A stretch of DNA of 61,712 nt, counting the filler, from Sphacelaria rigidula (taxonomy: Eukaryota), in the NCBI GenBank assembly GCA_964200075.2. It is 7 parts of 7 records of this genome, joined end to end, with 100 filler letters (N's around TTAATTAATTAA, not from the genome) between each part and the next. Parts side by side here need not be neighbours in the genome. Positions count along the whole stretch, not along the records: positions 35,323 to 44,052 come from CAXNAA020010249.1; positions 44,153 to 52,882 come from CAXNAA020010250.1; 5 more parts are not named here. One strand, given 5' to 3'. Below the pieces are notes generated by a model, which saw only the letters and a program-made list of their open reading frames with translations, was not told the DNA's origin and made no database searches. Made by a program: the position numbers and the translations under genes. Positions 36,576 through 50,100 of the stretch are shown here, in pieces (the stretch's first letter is position 1; each line of letters starts with the position of its first letter).

Positions 36576-36859
36576 TGAAAAATCTTTGAGGGGGGGTGCT
36601 ATCGCGGCACCAGTCGTCACTGAATCGATGTACACGAGACGAAGTCTTCGGTCGTGCGGAGTACGCGCTGAGTACATGAGCAGGTTTGACGTTCGCACTG
36701 TCTCATTCAGAAATTACGCATTAACCGGATAGCTCTCGTACTCAGTAAGAGGCGATTAACGGACCTGATGCCGGTAGCTGGCGTGCGAACGCGCAAGAGG
36801 AGACGAGATTCCTCTATTTACACAATCTCGACACCTTTCAGTTGACGTGCCCAATGGAT

Positions 36860-37500
36860 GCCAGTTGACACCGTCAACGTTTTTGGTTCGAACAAACTTC
36901 GACATGGATAAAACATCCAGGTTAAGGAATAGAACTGTGGTTCCGGGGTTTCACGAGTTGGACGCCGGAGCCGGCAAGGCAGCACCGGTTCCTCCTTCTC
37001 CAGAGGCTGCTCGCATGGTTATCGCCAACGCGGAAAAGATTCAGTTCACGACTGTTAGCTTTACGACGTCGTTTCTCCTTACACTCGGGTTTGTTTCCAG
37101 CACTTCCGACGCTTGTGTTTACAAAATGGACGATGGGGGCGTCATTCTTTGAATTTACGAAGACTAAAAGAAGAGGCAGTGACAAGGCGAGAAAAGCTGA
37201 AAGGATCGTCTACGAGTTCAATAGGTTTCAGATATAGTCGACCTCGGTGACGCCAAATTTTCACTTATTGGTACTCGCTTGGTACGCAAATAATTCAAGA
37301 CGACGCCGATCCGTCTCACTTTACGCAAGAGACACGAAACATTTCCATTCAGCTACCGGCGCTTGATCGACTCAAACAGATGCCGAAGATCCGATATGAC
37401 ACACGCGGTCATGGTGCTGACGGGACTGACGAAGGGCATTCCAAGACAAGACCGGATGCCATACGACTAGAGCGAGTGATGAGGTACCTGAATGGAGACA
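36860..37500 (+). mobile_element. Highly decayed Copia-type RT remnant
   Basis: Fragments LGFVSSTSDACVY, DLGDAKF and ERVMRYLNG in the expected order. Confidence 0.55.
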
Positions 37501-37770
37501 AATCTAAACTCATTAGAAGACAGAAGATCTGAGAAAAAATCTTTGAAGGACTTGAGAATTGCACACTCAAACCTCGCCCCCACCCATCTCCGCACCATCC
37601 TTCCTCGCGAAGCACCATACGATTCATACACTCGTTGCAAGACTATCACCTCACACACACACCCCTCTCTGCCCACACTTACATCAGGATGTGGATGTTT
37701 CGCACATTGGTTCAAGTGATGACTTTTCAAAAGCCACCACAACTTCATCCCCATCCCGTCACAAGTAACT

Positions 37771-38027
37771 CACAATTTCGAACTAGCCCAACAAATCAGT
37801 GTGGCACGCACCTCCCTCAACTACGCAAACCGAACATACCAAGGAGGACCGCAAAGTCTGTCCCAAATAAACAAAAATAAGGGGAACTGATATGTTGCTA
37901 CACAATTTCGAACTAGCCCAAGAAGCTGTGTGGCACACCTGTACATTCCCCCCTAAACTACACAAACCGAAAATACTAAGAAGGGCCGCAAAGCCAGTCC
38001 CGGTAAAAAACAAAAATATGGGGAACA
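37771..38027. repeat. Two diverged ~130-bp tandem units
   Basis: CACAATTTCGAACTAGCCCAA at 37771 and 37901. Confidence 0.8.
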
Positions 38028-38204
38028 AGCCGGTGTGTTGCTTTACTTGGAACCCAACACTCGGGCAAGCCCATGTTTTTCAAAGAAACCACCAAAAAAA
38101 GCCAAGACATACTTTAGTACAGCGATAACCTACTATGGGGAAACCCAAGGGTCCCCGTAGCCCCTCCAACCCACGTCCACAAACCTCTTCCGCCCGAACA
38201 TCCG

Positions 38205-38472
38205 ACAGATCTAGTGCCACACTCAAATTCCTAGCGCGCACATGATAGCACTCGGCTGCCCAAGGGCCAGCCTTAGCACACATCTTTTGTCCTGTAAATT
38301 GCGCAAGCTCTTTCAGCAACAGAGAGAGCATAGGGGAGATACAGATCTAGTGCCACACTCCGACTCCTCTCGCGTGCATGATGGCACTCGGCTGCCCAAG
38401 GGCCAACCTCAGCACACAACTCTCGTCCTATAAATTGCGCAACCTCTTTCCGCAACAAGGGAAGCATAGGGG
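38205..38472. repeat. Two diverged ~136-bp tandem units
   Basis: ACAGATCTAGTGCCACACTC...GCACTCGGCTGCCCAAGGGCCA at 38205 and 38341. Confidence 0.85.
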
Positions 38473-38583
38473 ATTACATCTACACCCAGACATAACACCT
38501 AGAACAATAACAAATACAACCACGCCTGAATTACGCTCTGTACAGCAATATCCTTATATACCCCAAGTTGTGTATAGGCCCCA

Positions 38584-41170
38584 TCACAAGAACGGAGGCA
38601 TGATTTCGAAAGCTTCAGAGCAAGCATATACGGAGTCATCCCCGAACACTCCCACGCGGATCTTGTACATCCCGGATTCAGTTACACTTGGTATCACCAC
38701 GTCGTAGTCTCCCTCTGATTGGCGCACGTCATGGGCACAACGGAAGTGGAGAGGGCGGAGAGCGGGCGACAGGGGTCAACATACATTCCATATTCCACGA
38801 CAAGAACAAGACCAAACGAATACCACAATGCTTTGCAATACTCAGTCAAGCTAAACGCATTCATCTGCACCGCCAATTTGCGTCGAATGTGCGTCGCATC
38901 TTGTGGTCGCAGATAGGGCCAACAATTATGGGCGCTACCTCACCCAAGTCGCCCCCAAACGGTTATTTATTTAGTGTTTCTAAATGTGAAATAAAAATCC
39001 TACAATCGCCGGGGCGGGCGGGGGAGGAGGGTGGGGGGGGGTGTACTCATGATCATGCATGCCGTAGTCAGAAGACCATTGACCTCGCATCCCTACGGGT
39101 GGGGGGGGGGGGGCGAAGACATAGAGCCTCGGATGTTTTTTGGGGCATCCGTGGGTGATACGGGAAGTTTTCAAAACCATTTGAAGGTAACCTAGTGCAG
39201 TACTACTTGAAGGTACTCACGGGTGTCCCTGCAGCCGATGTCGGGCCTGTCGCAGATAGAGCCGACCCACTGACCGCAGTCCCCTTGCAAGGGGCTCTCC
39301 ACAGATGCTTGAAAGTAGAGATCGATCTTGAAGCGTCCCGTCTCACCTCCGAGTCCGTTAGAATAGTCGAACTGATATAGGCGAAAGCAAGCAGGCAGGT
39401 GGACGGAGCAAGAAACGAGGGCATGGAAGCAGCCTGGTGAGGGGAAATAAATATGGAAAATAACAGGATATAATAATAGACGGCAGACGAAAACGCGGGC
39501 AAAGACACAACGAAAGTCAAAACGAAACCGGTCGTGGGCGCAGTATGCCCATTGTAGCAGTCATCACGCAAGACGCCTCACCTGAACCGTGTACTCCTCC
39601 CCAGAAACCCCCACGTCGTCCGCCGCCGGAGAAAGAATGTCGATCGACGGTATTCCTGCTTCGCCAAGCTCCGCGACGTCTGCGGATGCCATCAGATAAA
39701 AATCGTCGGAGCACCGAACTCTGGCCTGGCCCCCGACTTCCGCAATTCGTACCCTGTAGCCGTTGCTCGAAACCCCAACCAACGGCTCTGGCATGACCAC
39801 CTCGTAGCCCCCGTGCGTGTCCTGTGCACATCCCTCGGCCTCAGGGCACAACGGGTCTAGGAGGAAGCCACAGTTATCCTGTGTGTATGGACGGTTTGGG
39901 GGTGTACATGGGGTGGGTCGTTAAAAAAACTCCCGCCTTGCACCATGATCCGGCAATTTCACCGTATCCCAGCTACATAAGCCTACACGATCAAGGGCGA
40001 ACCACATGGTGACTGCTAGTGACCCATGGTATGTGGATAGCTAGAAGCAGCACGCGGAGTTTCACACGCAGAAATCAGGTGCAGTGGCCGGGAAAGTTGT
40101 TCTGCTAGATTTCGGTTACTGACTGGTCAGCGAGTTATTCTGGCGGCGCACGGCCCAGAACTATCATGGACCGCGACGTTTTGGTGACTGTGTCAATTCT
40201 GGCCACTTACTACTCGTGAACAGTTTACAGGAGCCTCTCTTTTTTCAACACACGAGACTTACGACCTCAGAACATACCACATTCGAGAACACTCACATCG
40301 AAGCAGAAGGAGTAAGAGCCACAGTACGTCAGGTCGATATCGAACCGCGCGTCAGCTGCAACCCCATTCCACTCCACCTGATATGACCTGCGAAGAACCG
40401 GAAGACACGAACGTGGTGAAAACATGTCAAATCTGCTGTCCGTTGTGGACATGTAAGTGATTCGCCAAAGGATTGACAAACTACTTTACATGACCTTGGC
40501 TGGCCAAGATGTTGGGGATTCCCCGCAATATCGCCATCCGCAGCCCACTTTCCCGAAACCTTATTTCAATGATTTCCCCCGCCGACAACTGTTTTATTTT
40601 AGCCCATGAAAATCCTACTCGTAATCGTGGCGTGCTCACATATTCCAAGTGTTTTTCGGATAAAACTGGATGAAAAAACAAACCAAACTTAAAAATACCT
40701 CGTACAACCTTCCCATGTATGGTGCGACTCGTCTTTTCTTCATGCACGAGTGTAGGGGCACTCAAATGACGCGCACAATCTAGCCAAGGCTGCAAGGGCG
40801 ACTACTCGATGGACAGATGTAGCAGGTGCAGCTCCCATCCACTGTACACTTGCATAGATGGTAACCGCGCCATTATACTGCACTCAGCTGTCGTACACCA
40901 CGTACTTTGCGTACCGTGGCCGTACCCTCATTACAAGGAGCAGGGGGCAAAGACGGACGCACCGACCGGTACAATGTACGAGGTAGCTCCTACTGTTTTA
41001 CCGCTCATGTGATGGAATGTCGGTACAAGACTACAGTAGTATAATAGTTAGTTGTGGGGTAGCTCTCACCTTCCAGCCACCGTGGTCATGCCTTCGGAAG
41101 GCGCAATAACATCAAGAGCCTGAGCGGAAGTAGCGAGCAGTACCAGGGTTGCCACGGTAGAGAAGCTCAT
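38584..41170 (-). CDS. Secreted 256-aa protein with two tandem cysteine-containing beta-rich repeats; exons 41170-41070, 40387-40297, 39878-39582, 39371-39221, 38714-38584
   Basis: Complete ATG-to-TGA frame (771 nt), all GT-AG. Signal peptide MSFSTVATLVLLATSAQA. The repeats align: YQVEW/YTVQF, RFDIDL/RFKIDL, DNCG..LC..GC/GDCG..IC..GC, GYEVVMP/DYDVVIP, GYRVRI/MYKIRV, CSDDF/CSEAF. Confidence 0.9.
39011..39113 (-). mobile_element. C-tailed LINE 3' fragment, subfamily 2, in an intron with G-runs on both sides
   Basis: Element body at 39042-39100. The reverse complement ends ATGAGTACACCCCCCCCC. Confidence 0.8.
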
Positions 41171-42116
41171 TTTCGATGTGCAATCCGTGCTTGATCGATT
41201 GACTGTCTCGTAAGGACTGTGATGTGCTTTTGTGCGCCTGTGCTGTTATCACCGCCGCTAGATGCCTCGTGACGTTTGCTGTACCGCTACCTTGTAATTT
41301 GGCTTGGACTGTTCTTGTTCTCGGTAGGTACTCGTAGAAGATGATGCAAAAAGTAGCGAGGGATGAAGGATGCTGTTGAGAGTGAATGTGCAGGGCATGG
41401 GGGGGGGGGGCATTGCGGTTCGAGCTCTGGCTGACAATCTTCCGCAGTCATCTCAGAATTCGGATATTGGATATCGGGATATCAGGGTGCGCAAGCCCAA
41501 GGGACCCCAAGAACTCCGGGAACAAGATACACCGCATACCTTGGTCATAAACATAAGAGCATATGCCGTCCGTAATATAGATATATGGTTACTATATTAA
41601 TGAACATCAGAGAGCCAAGGAACGCTCGCGAAAGATCGAATTTCTCAAAATTGAAATTACGTATTTCCGGTTTTGGCATCATCAAACCCAGGAGTACTGA
41701 TGGAACATTCAGGGTCCGCCCGCCTCTTTATTACAAGTATCGCGTAACCCGCGGACACTTCGTGACATCATCATCAGCTCAACAGCCGCAACGCTTCGAA
41801 GCCCTATCGCCCTATCCCATCTCATACATTGTCCCCCTCTATCCCCCCTCATGCACACTCACAGAGCACTTGAAACAGTAATATAAAAGCGGCACCGATG
41901 CAAACATCTGTGATCTTTACTGTATCAATTAGAGTATAATTTTGGTGCGTAACCTGGCGTAATTGCGAGTGACGGCACGATCTAGGGGTCCGTCTATGAG
42001 TTTGAAAATGGAGTGGGGTGCAGCCGAGGTAGCTGCAGATCGTAATGTTCTGTCTCGGCCAGTGACAAACGACAAACCTAGCCGTGATATTTTGCACACA
42101 CAACTGGCAGTGTATT

Positions 42117-42117
<1 letters not shown>

Positions 42118-42172
<55 letters not shown>

Positions 42173-42240
42173 CTTCACATTAAAAAGTCGTTCCGGTATC
42201 TGCGCAGTGTATACACCAGAGAAATTACGGACAGTGCGGA
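42118..42240 (-). mobile_element. Retroposon 3' end with (AAC)n tail
   Basis: (GTT)n followed by GTCTTCACATTAAAAAGTCGTTCCGGTATCTGCGCAG, matching 19800-19910 in reverse. Confidence 0.75.
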
Positions 42241-42664
42241 CAGACGACAGCACAACAGGGCAATACGAACGACCGGAGGAGCGACATGTGCTGGTGGGCG
42301 TGGCACAGCCACTCCCCCCTTATAAATCCGAGTCAAAGGCTATGACATTATACATATACATAGGTGGTGCACTTGTTTCTGTTTCGATTGTCCGATACTT
42401 AAATATATATGAAAATAATAAATGAATCGTATATGACCCACAGACGGTGCAGGTGGATATATATATATACAAAATGTACACACAGGTAGCGACTTGTTTC
42501 TGTTCCGATTGTGTCCTATTCTAAAATATATATGAAAACAATCCCAAGTAATACACGAATGAAAGATGACAATCCATGTGCCGAAAACCGCCAAATAATC
42601 ATGTCGACACCCCAGAAGGATACAAAGGATAGGATATTTGGGGGCCAAATTGTCGTCTCGTTAA

Positions 42665-42762
42665 CCCTTAGACCGCGAGATTAGTCTTTCTGGATCATGC
42701 ATACTTTTTTTCGCTTGAAATTGATGCCGATTCAACAGAAGACTAATCTCGCGGTCTAAGGG
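42665..42762. mobile_element. 98-bp piggyBac-type MITE
   Basis: TTAA TSDs and perfect 24-bp TIRs CCCTTAGACCGCGAGATTAGTCTT. Confidence 0.92.
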
Positions 42763-43121
42763 TTAAATGGCACGAATGACCATGAAAATCGCATACTATC
42801 ACAGATTGTATCGCAAACCTTATCTATCGAACCCGTCGTCACCCAAGCAAGCTCTCCAGTACCCTGGAACAGGGAATCAAATCCGGGGGCCAGTGGAACA
42901 TCACATTACGCTTGCGCGGTACAAGCGGTAGTAACTGTACAGTCAGTACAGTTGCCTCACAGCTTAAGACTTTCTAAGCAGTTTGACCCACGGTATATCG
43001 ATACATAACTAAAACACGGTCTAATAATAACACTCGTGGGCCTGCCATTGGTGACGCGACCAACACCTACGCATGGTGCGTGAAACAAGCTAATCTTCGG
43101 TTGTCAGCAACTCGTCGTGCA

Positions 43122-43277
43122 ATGTGGAGTTGGCCATCATGTTGGATAGCGGTGTTGGGTGTTGTCATGGGTTTAGCTGTGGCACATGCAGCAGAGGCAA
43201 AGGCGTCGGGCGACAGCGCATGGTTTCCCAACCTCCGCCTGTTCAAACGTCACTCTGATCGAGCTCTAGCAGGTGCG
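43122..43277 (+). CDS. Probable first exon of a secreted protein
   Basis: MWSWPSCWIAVLGVVMGLAVAHAAEA resembles a signal peptide. Donor candidates at 43273 (GTGCGG) and 43278 (GTAAGA). No downstream exon identified before the contig end. Confidence 0.5.
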
Positions 43278-43842
43278 GTAAGACGTAGGGTAGCCCACTG
43301 TTTAGTGTCGTACTCAAAGAAGAGATGATTTTATGTGACGTGTGTAACGACCGACAGCACGTGAATTAGCGGGGTATTGCATGTTTGTACAAATCATCAA
43401 CCGCATGTGTTGCACCGTCATTTACAAGCTGCTGGCACCCTGCACTACTCGTATGCAGTCGTCGGTTACACCCCACTGCAGTCCTGACTTGACTGCGTCG
43501 CAGTCGCGGTTACTACGAGTGCCGCACGTGACACAATTTAAATTTGTTATTAAACAGATGGCACAGTATGAACATTACTCTACGCTGAATACCACCCACT
43601 AAAAAACACCAGTTGGTAAAGGATTTTCGCTGCTCTCATGTCATGACGATCCGTACAGTACAGTGCTGTATCGAGGTGCGTTGAATAACACGTCCAAAAG
43701 CCATCTGCGGGTGTTGTAGTGCGTCGCATACACCTTCCTTCTCTTCTAACTACTTGAAAGTTCGGGGCTTTCTGTTCCGAGAATACAGCCCTACCTACAG
43801 TCCAGCAGACATTCGAGTGTGACAAAAAAAAAACTTATTTGT

Positions 43843-43960
43843 CGCACTTTGAACCCCTTCCCTTCCTCGGGATGAGTCCGTGGTCTCAAGGGATCAACCC
43901 ATCTCTCCCCCAGTGCACGCCTTGTATTTTGGTCTTGCTGATTGGACCATGACTATCAGC
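43843..43960 (-). mobile_element. SINE family B, 3' fragment
   Basis: GAGTCCGTGGTCTCAAGGGATCA...GTGCACGCCTTG is shared with 27270-27380. Confidence 0.7.
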
Positions 43961-44052
43961 ACAATTGTGAGCGTCAATGGCCCTTTTATGGCCTCTGGGC
44001 GTCAAATCAGACTGAAACACATTTGCGCGCGGGAGAGGGGGGGGGGGGGGGT

Positions 44053-44152
44053 NNNNNNNNNNNNNNNNNNNNNNNNNNNNNNNNNNNNNNNNNNNNTTAA
44101 TTAATTAANNNNNNNNNNNNNNNNNNNNNNNNNNNNNNNNNNNNNNNNNNNN
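44053..44152. other. Artificial contig linker
   Basis: N-run, TTAATTAATTAA, N-run. Confidence 0.98.
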
Positions 44153-44170
44153 CGGCCCGAAGCCTACTGA

Positions 44171-47100
44171 TTATCTTGCATTTGGATGACAGCCAACAAT
44201 GAGTTGCTTTATTGTGTGGTGGTTTTGGGGGGGGGGTTGGCGGGCTTTCGAGGCATTGCTTGCCCAACAATCTGTTAGAACAGTGTTTTCAGTCCATATA
44301 ACATACGTATTTTTTCCCACAACCGAGACATGACCTGATTGTACAGCAAAAAAAGAGGATGAAGAATTAAACAGCGGCATATATATCCATTCGAACGACC
44401 TCCCCTTTGGCTGCTACGATTGACAGTAGACTCACCGAACGCTGGCTCCCAACCCCTCTGGTTCGCCATGCTGCATATTTTGCCAACAAAAGTCCTTTGC
44501 TGCTCCTTACTTAAAGGAACCATGTACCTGTCAAACGAGCGACAAATTATGACGGGACATGTTCCAGCCAAGTGGCGCAAAGGTGGCATACCACCACAGT
44601 TGTGCACGATACACAATGTTATCCACCGCATTTCACTAAACAATACAAGCACGACATATATGTGTATGCTCCATCACCTTCCGGTATCCATGGTGACCAC
44701 TGCTCGGTCGGCAAGCGCGTCATTGATGACGTCACTATTCGCCGCATCAACTGTTGTCAGTCCCATGTGCACCCGATCAAAACGATGGCGGAAGCAAGCT
44801 TTCGAGAGGTGTTGGTTGAGGTCGCCACTTAGCACATGCACCTGAGTCAACAAAAGTCACCCGTCAACACGCTGAATGACACGTGATCAATCGAGCCCCT
44901 GCCACACTTGTCATGTTGTGGCGCAGCGTGATTGAAAAATAGTATATTCCTCTCCAATGCGAAGTATCAATTTCAAGCGTGCTGTTGAGCCCCATCGGTG
45001 ACGCCTTGACAGTAGCGAACGGTCTTGCTCGCCAGTTGTCACCTCGCGAAGTGCAAAGAAATCACCTGGACTCATGGGCAATGAATGTCAACAAAGCAAC
45101 AAGACTTGGTTCCCCACCTTGACACCGTCAAGGGTATCTACGACACACTGGGCCCTCACGAGAGCTTCCTGCCTCAGTTGATGTTGCGCCCTGCAAGAGT
45201 TTGCGAGTTCCACCCGAACGGCATGATAAGGAAAGCACATCAGCTCTGATATCCTTTGTTTTTTGCCACACATGCGCACCGTGAATAAACGGCGTAAATA
45301 AGTCGACGGTTCCCGTCCCTTGTTGTCGCCAAGTCAATTTTAAGCATCCCTGTGGTGGCGTGGTCTGTGAAAGGCAAACTCCACATCGCGGAGCTGTTTC
45401 TTCTGAGGCATCATTCCGCGGTTACTTTAACAAAATTCCTAGCAAAAAGGTCAGCTAGGTAGCAACGGAGAGCAACCGCCCTACTCCTCTGAGTGCCTGC
45501 CTATGTTTGTTTCGGTACAGAAGGTGGATAATCTACCAGTGATGTGGTAGGCTACCCTTGGTTTTGGCGAGGCAACGATGCACCTCGGCTATGTAGTCGA
45601 TGGCAGCAGTCAATTATTCAAAAGAGATGGGACGAAGCGTGTCCGAACGACTTTTCCGACTACATGTGGCGAATGAAGCGATCGTCGAACGGCTCCGAAA
45701 AAGTACATCCCAATATTCATTGGGATTGGCGAATTAATATGTTGTTGACATTCAAAATTATCATCTAGCCACCAGTCATGGTAACCCTTCTTTTTACTGT
45801 CTCGCCCTAATTCATTAGGTTCTTGATCATGATGTAATCAAAAGTAGGCGAGTCGATGCTCTATTCGAGAGACGAACCCTTGACCCCCTTGGTTTTTGAC
45901 GACGGGGTAAAGGGCGAAACCTATGGCCAAAGTGTGTTTGTGAGAGGAAGCTCATTATTAGCTCTTCTATGTTGCTGTCCACTTCGAGACGGCGATATAC
46001 TTATGATATAACTCCAGCAAGCATACAGTCCACCTACTTTTCCTGGCTACCCCCGACGTCGTCCGTTTCGGCGTCAAAAACGCGTTGTTGGCGAGATGCC
46101 TCTGCGCATTCTCCTGACTTCGGTTCTGCTCGATGCCTCTGTCGTGGATTAGGTCCGTGTTTTTTATCCTGCCGTGTGTTTTCGTTGTTCTCCTGCGAAA
46201 TTTCTTCAGTTACCCGTCCTTTATCATCTTGGCTGGAGCAGTCTTCTGCTGGGATAGTGGTGTCCTCACCGAGGCCACTGTAAATGTCACCTTCCTGGCG
46301 ATGAAATAAACCGTACATAATTGGAAGAATTAGTCAAAAAAAGAGACAATACTTTCGCCGCACGTGCACACATCAGTATCAACCGCATTTTTGCCATCCA
46401 CACAAATTCCTATATCAATAGGTCCTCGATCGAAATCGATTGCTGATACTTCAACATCTACCGCACCGTTCATTACGGCGGGACACCACGTCTGACCTTA
46501 GTCATCAAGTAGCGCCTGCCCGTCTCCATTTCCCATAAGTAGCTCAAGATGGAGTACACCGCCACTTCTGACGTGTTGTGCCTGTGCTGCTCCGTCCCTG
46601 GGGTGGCAACCGTCCAAACGCGGGGAACTCGGTTAGCACCCCGACTGAAGCAGCGACACTGAAGTGGTTCTACACCACAAGACGGGGTCGAGTTGGTGTT
46701 CCTTCCACCATCGTCAGCGCAGGATACCTCTCGCAGGTTTCGCACCAGAGCACAGACAACACGATGAGCTACTTTTCACCGGTACACCCTTGCCGCTGCC
46801 TCGAAGTGTAGACAGCTACATGCCTCACCCTCGCTGGTGAACCCTAAAACTTTTAGTTACTATTTATGTTGTCGGGACATACAGCCTTTCCGCCGGGTAC
46901 TTCGCCACTCGCGTTGATTGACCACACGCCCTATCTGTAGCCTAGCTAAAATTTGGCTTTTTTCAACGACGCATCCGCACGGCAAGGGTCGGTCGACCTG
47001 CAGAGCGGATAGCGTGAATATTTATCACTTCGCACCTGTTCCTTTGTTGTGGATGGTAAAAAGATCATCTGCGTGCTTGTTGGGGCGATCGCAGTCCACT

Positions 47101-50100
47101 CCAAATGTGATGAAAGGACCAACACGAACATCCAGCCAAAATCCCCTGCATACACTACAGCAAGAAGCGCTCACAACAAGGATCGACCGCCCATAGTGAT
47201 GTTCGAGATACGCTGTAAAATATTCGCTGAAACGGGGCCCTGGTGGTCTAATGGTCCAACTGGGATCATCATCACTATCACCGTTAGGGCGGGGAAAACG
47301 CGGGTGGGATTGCCGCCAGATGCGTCTAGCTTGGCGTATTTCTCAAAAGTTTCTAGATTCTGTCGTTGAAAGCGTGGGGACGTGAGGGCAGGGATAGGAA
47401 AAACAGGCCGTTTGACTGAGTTTGTGTCAGACGAGAGTCGACGCGGTCGGAAATGCTGATCTAATCCGCGATACCAAAATGTAAGGCGTTTACCGGGGAA
47501 AATATGAGTCGATCCCGTGAGACCACGGACTCTTCCCGAGGATGGGGAGGAGTCAAAAGTGACTGAAAAACCATGCGAGCTGAGGCTGTCGGTTTAGTGT
47601 ACATTGAACCGGCCGGAACAAGCGATAGAAATGAATAATGGCACCACGAAATAGGTGGGTAGCCATAAGGCCTTTGTGTAGTAATCATCTTCATCCTTTG
47701 TACGAGCAGACCCGGTAATTCGTTTGATCCTGAGCTCTACTTTTTTTGCCGTCATACGCCTAACCCCTCCACTTTCTCGGGACCAGTTCATAGCCTCAAG
47801 ATATCAACCCATCTCTCCCCCGGAACATGCCTGACTTTTTGGTGTGGCGGATCGAACAAGAACTCCCGCACCGAGTTGACTATCGTCATGTTTTCCCCAC
47901 TTCCATCCTCGCGTTTTCAATGGCGGAGATGAGATACTCCTCAGGGAGTGAAGTGTATTTGCTGGAATTCGAACTCTCAAGCCCGCCCTTACCACTTTTG
48001 ACACTGGACCGGTTAGACCCCCGGAGTGTACGGGGAAGTGTCAGAGACATATAACGGTGACCGTGCCAGGAATCATCGAACACTGCAGAAATATCAGAGG
48101 TTCTCATCATCTTGAGGGTGATCTGACCTGTTCAGTTCGTATATTTCGGTTGGCTTGTCATAACCTGCATAGCTTGTCTCACACGCCTGTCTCAACGGTG
48201 ACCATGCCAGGAATCATCGAGCATTGCAGAAGTATCAGAGATTCTAATCATCTTGAGGGTGATCTGGCCTGTTTAGTTCGTGTACTTTCGGTTGGCTTGT
48301 CATAACTTGCATAGCTTGTCTCGTACGCTCCTTTGGGCGTCCGTCGTCGCGTGACAGAAGACTTTGATCGCGGGTCAAGGAAAGCCTGAGATGTACGGGG
48401 GTCGATTGAGTCCACCACTATACCGACTCAATGGTGAAACAAGGCAGCGCCTTCAACCTGGGAGCTCACAGCGTGAACGGAAACACAAGAAAGACGGCAT
48501 CGCCACGTCACCCTCAGTCACTTCCAAGATTCGCCTGGTTGCTCGGCGCACGGACGAACGCGGTACTCCCTTGGTGATGATAAGCAGTGATAGCACATTC
48601 TACTGTCTGCAAGCCGTGCGTCGACTGACCTAATTTCTTTCTTCATCCCCCGGTGTTGTCCCTTCAGCATCATCCCTTCGGCAAAGCTGATCATTGTGCG
48701 GTTGGGTTGGTCGTAGATTTGATCACCGAATTCATACGCGATACCGTCCAAACGCCAGCCCCTAAACAACGGTGGTTTGAAGGAAAACCGCGAAACATGC
48801 AGTCAGCATTGCTCGGCATATGGTACCATCAGCTCCGTTTCGTCGTCGATTCAACTCAAAGCTCTATGACCCCAAATTGTACTGCCGGTGTCCTCCTGAT
48901 ACTTCATAAGGTCGGTCTCTACTCCCACCTGTACTGTTTGTGATGTATGATGCTAGCGACTTCCTTAAGCCTGGTGGTGTAGTCCCAGTCAACCAAATTT
49001 TTTCGATGGTCGTACCGTGCTCCAAAGAAATGCCTTTGGCGGCAATCGCGGAGCCCCACCACTGCCAGACACCATTTGAAGATAAGACAGGTAATCGCAA
49101 CGTGTGGGCCTTTTTGATACAGTCAACAGATCGTTCGACAGTGTGAGTCTCAGGGGAAAGTGTCAATCTTAGTGAAGGCGAGATTTTTCCTCGCGATGCT
49201 GCTATTGTGGATACCTATGAGCTTCCCCGGGGTCCAATTTTGTATAGGTTATATACGCCCCGACGACGTCGAAGGTGAAGATAGCGAATGCAAGCGATAA
49301 GCAACGACAAGACAGAGAAAATGGCGAGCGCTCATGAACCAGAAGAAAGAACGGCAGGGCGTCCGATAACATGCTCCACGCTTTCTCTTACTGCAGATGT
49401 TTGCGAAGCCCCAAGGATGACACGTGTGTAGCGTTGCAGCGGTGCGCCAAAAAGCATCGAGAGCTAGTGAGTGAGTGAACGTCGGAGTGTTGTTTCCACA
49501 TGTCAAAATCCATCACGTGCACCCAGGCCTGGTTCCCATAACTTCAGGAAAGTCACGCCTGGACAGATGCTGAGCATAGTCGAACGACCAACCGGTCCAG
49601 CCGTGAAAAGTGCTGGGTGTTAGGAAGCACTTCGGTGAAGTGTTCAAGGGGGGGGGGGGAAATAGCACAAATGCAATAATAAAGAACATCGCAAAACAAC
49701 ATTCCAAGTACAAAACATCGCTGTATCACGTTTCGGACGTACTTTGTGCTCAAACACATGTTTTCTGAAGGTTACGGAGGATTAAAAAATGCCGAGGTAA
49801 GAATTGGCTGCCAGTGTGACTGATAAGTTTGAGCCAATTGGGGTGACTCGACAGTTGCTCAACAATAATTCAAGTTTGTTCTCCGGTTTATTCATGTAGA
49901 GGGCATTTGACCTTTGGACCAGTGAGTGCCCACCAGTGCAGAGTTCAACTGTCCACTTTACAAGTGATAGGCCCCGTCTACGAGGATTGTAAAATTGCCG
50001 CGCATGACATGCAGTCTGTAACGAATGGCAACAAAGGTGCCGTTCTAACGTACATGTGATAAGTTTCGACACTTGCCGAAGCATGCATTTCCCCCGAGCC

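Noticed and set aside
37771-38472. CRISPR-like array (also 42345-42545, 48053-48326, 59225-59650)
   Set aside because: Each has only two long diverged units, no repeat-spacer structure and no cas genes, in a eukaryotic context.
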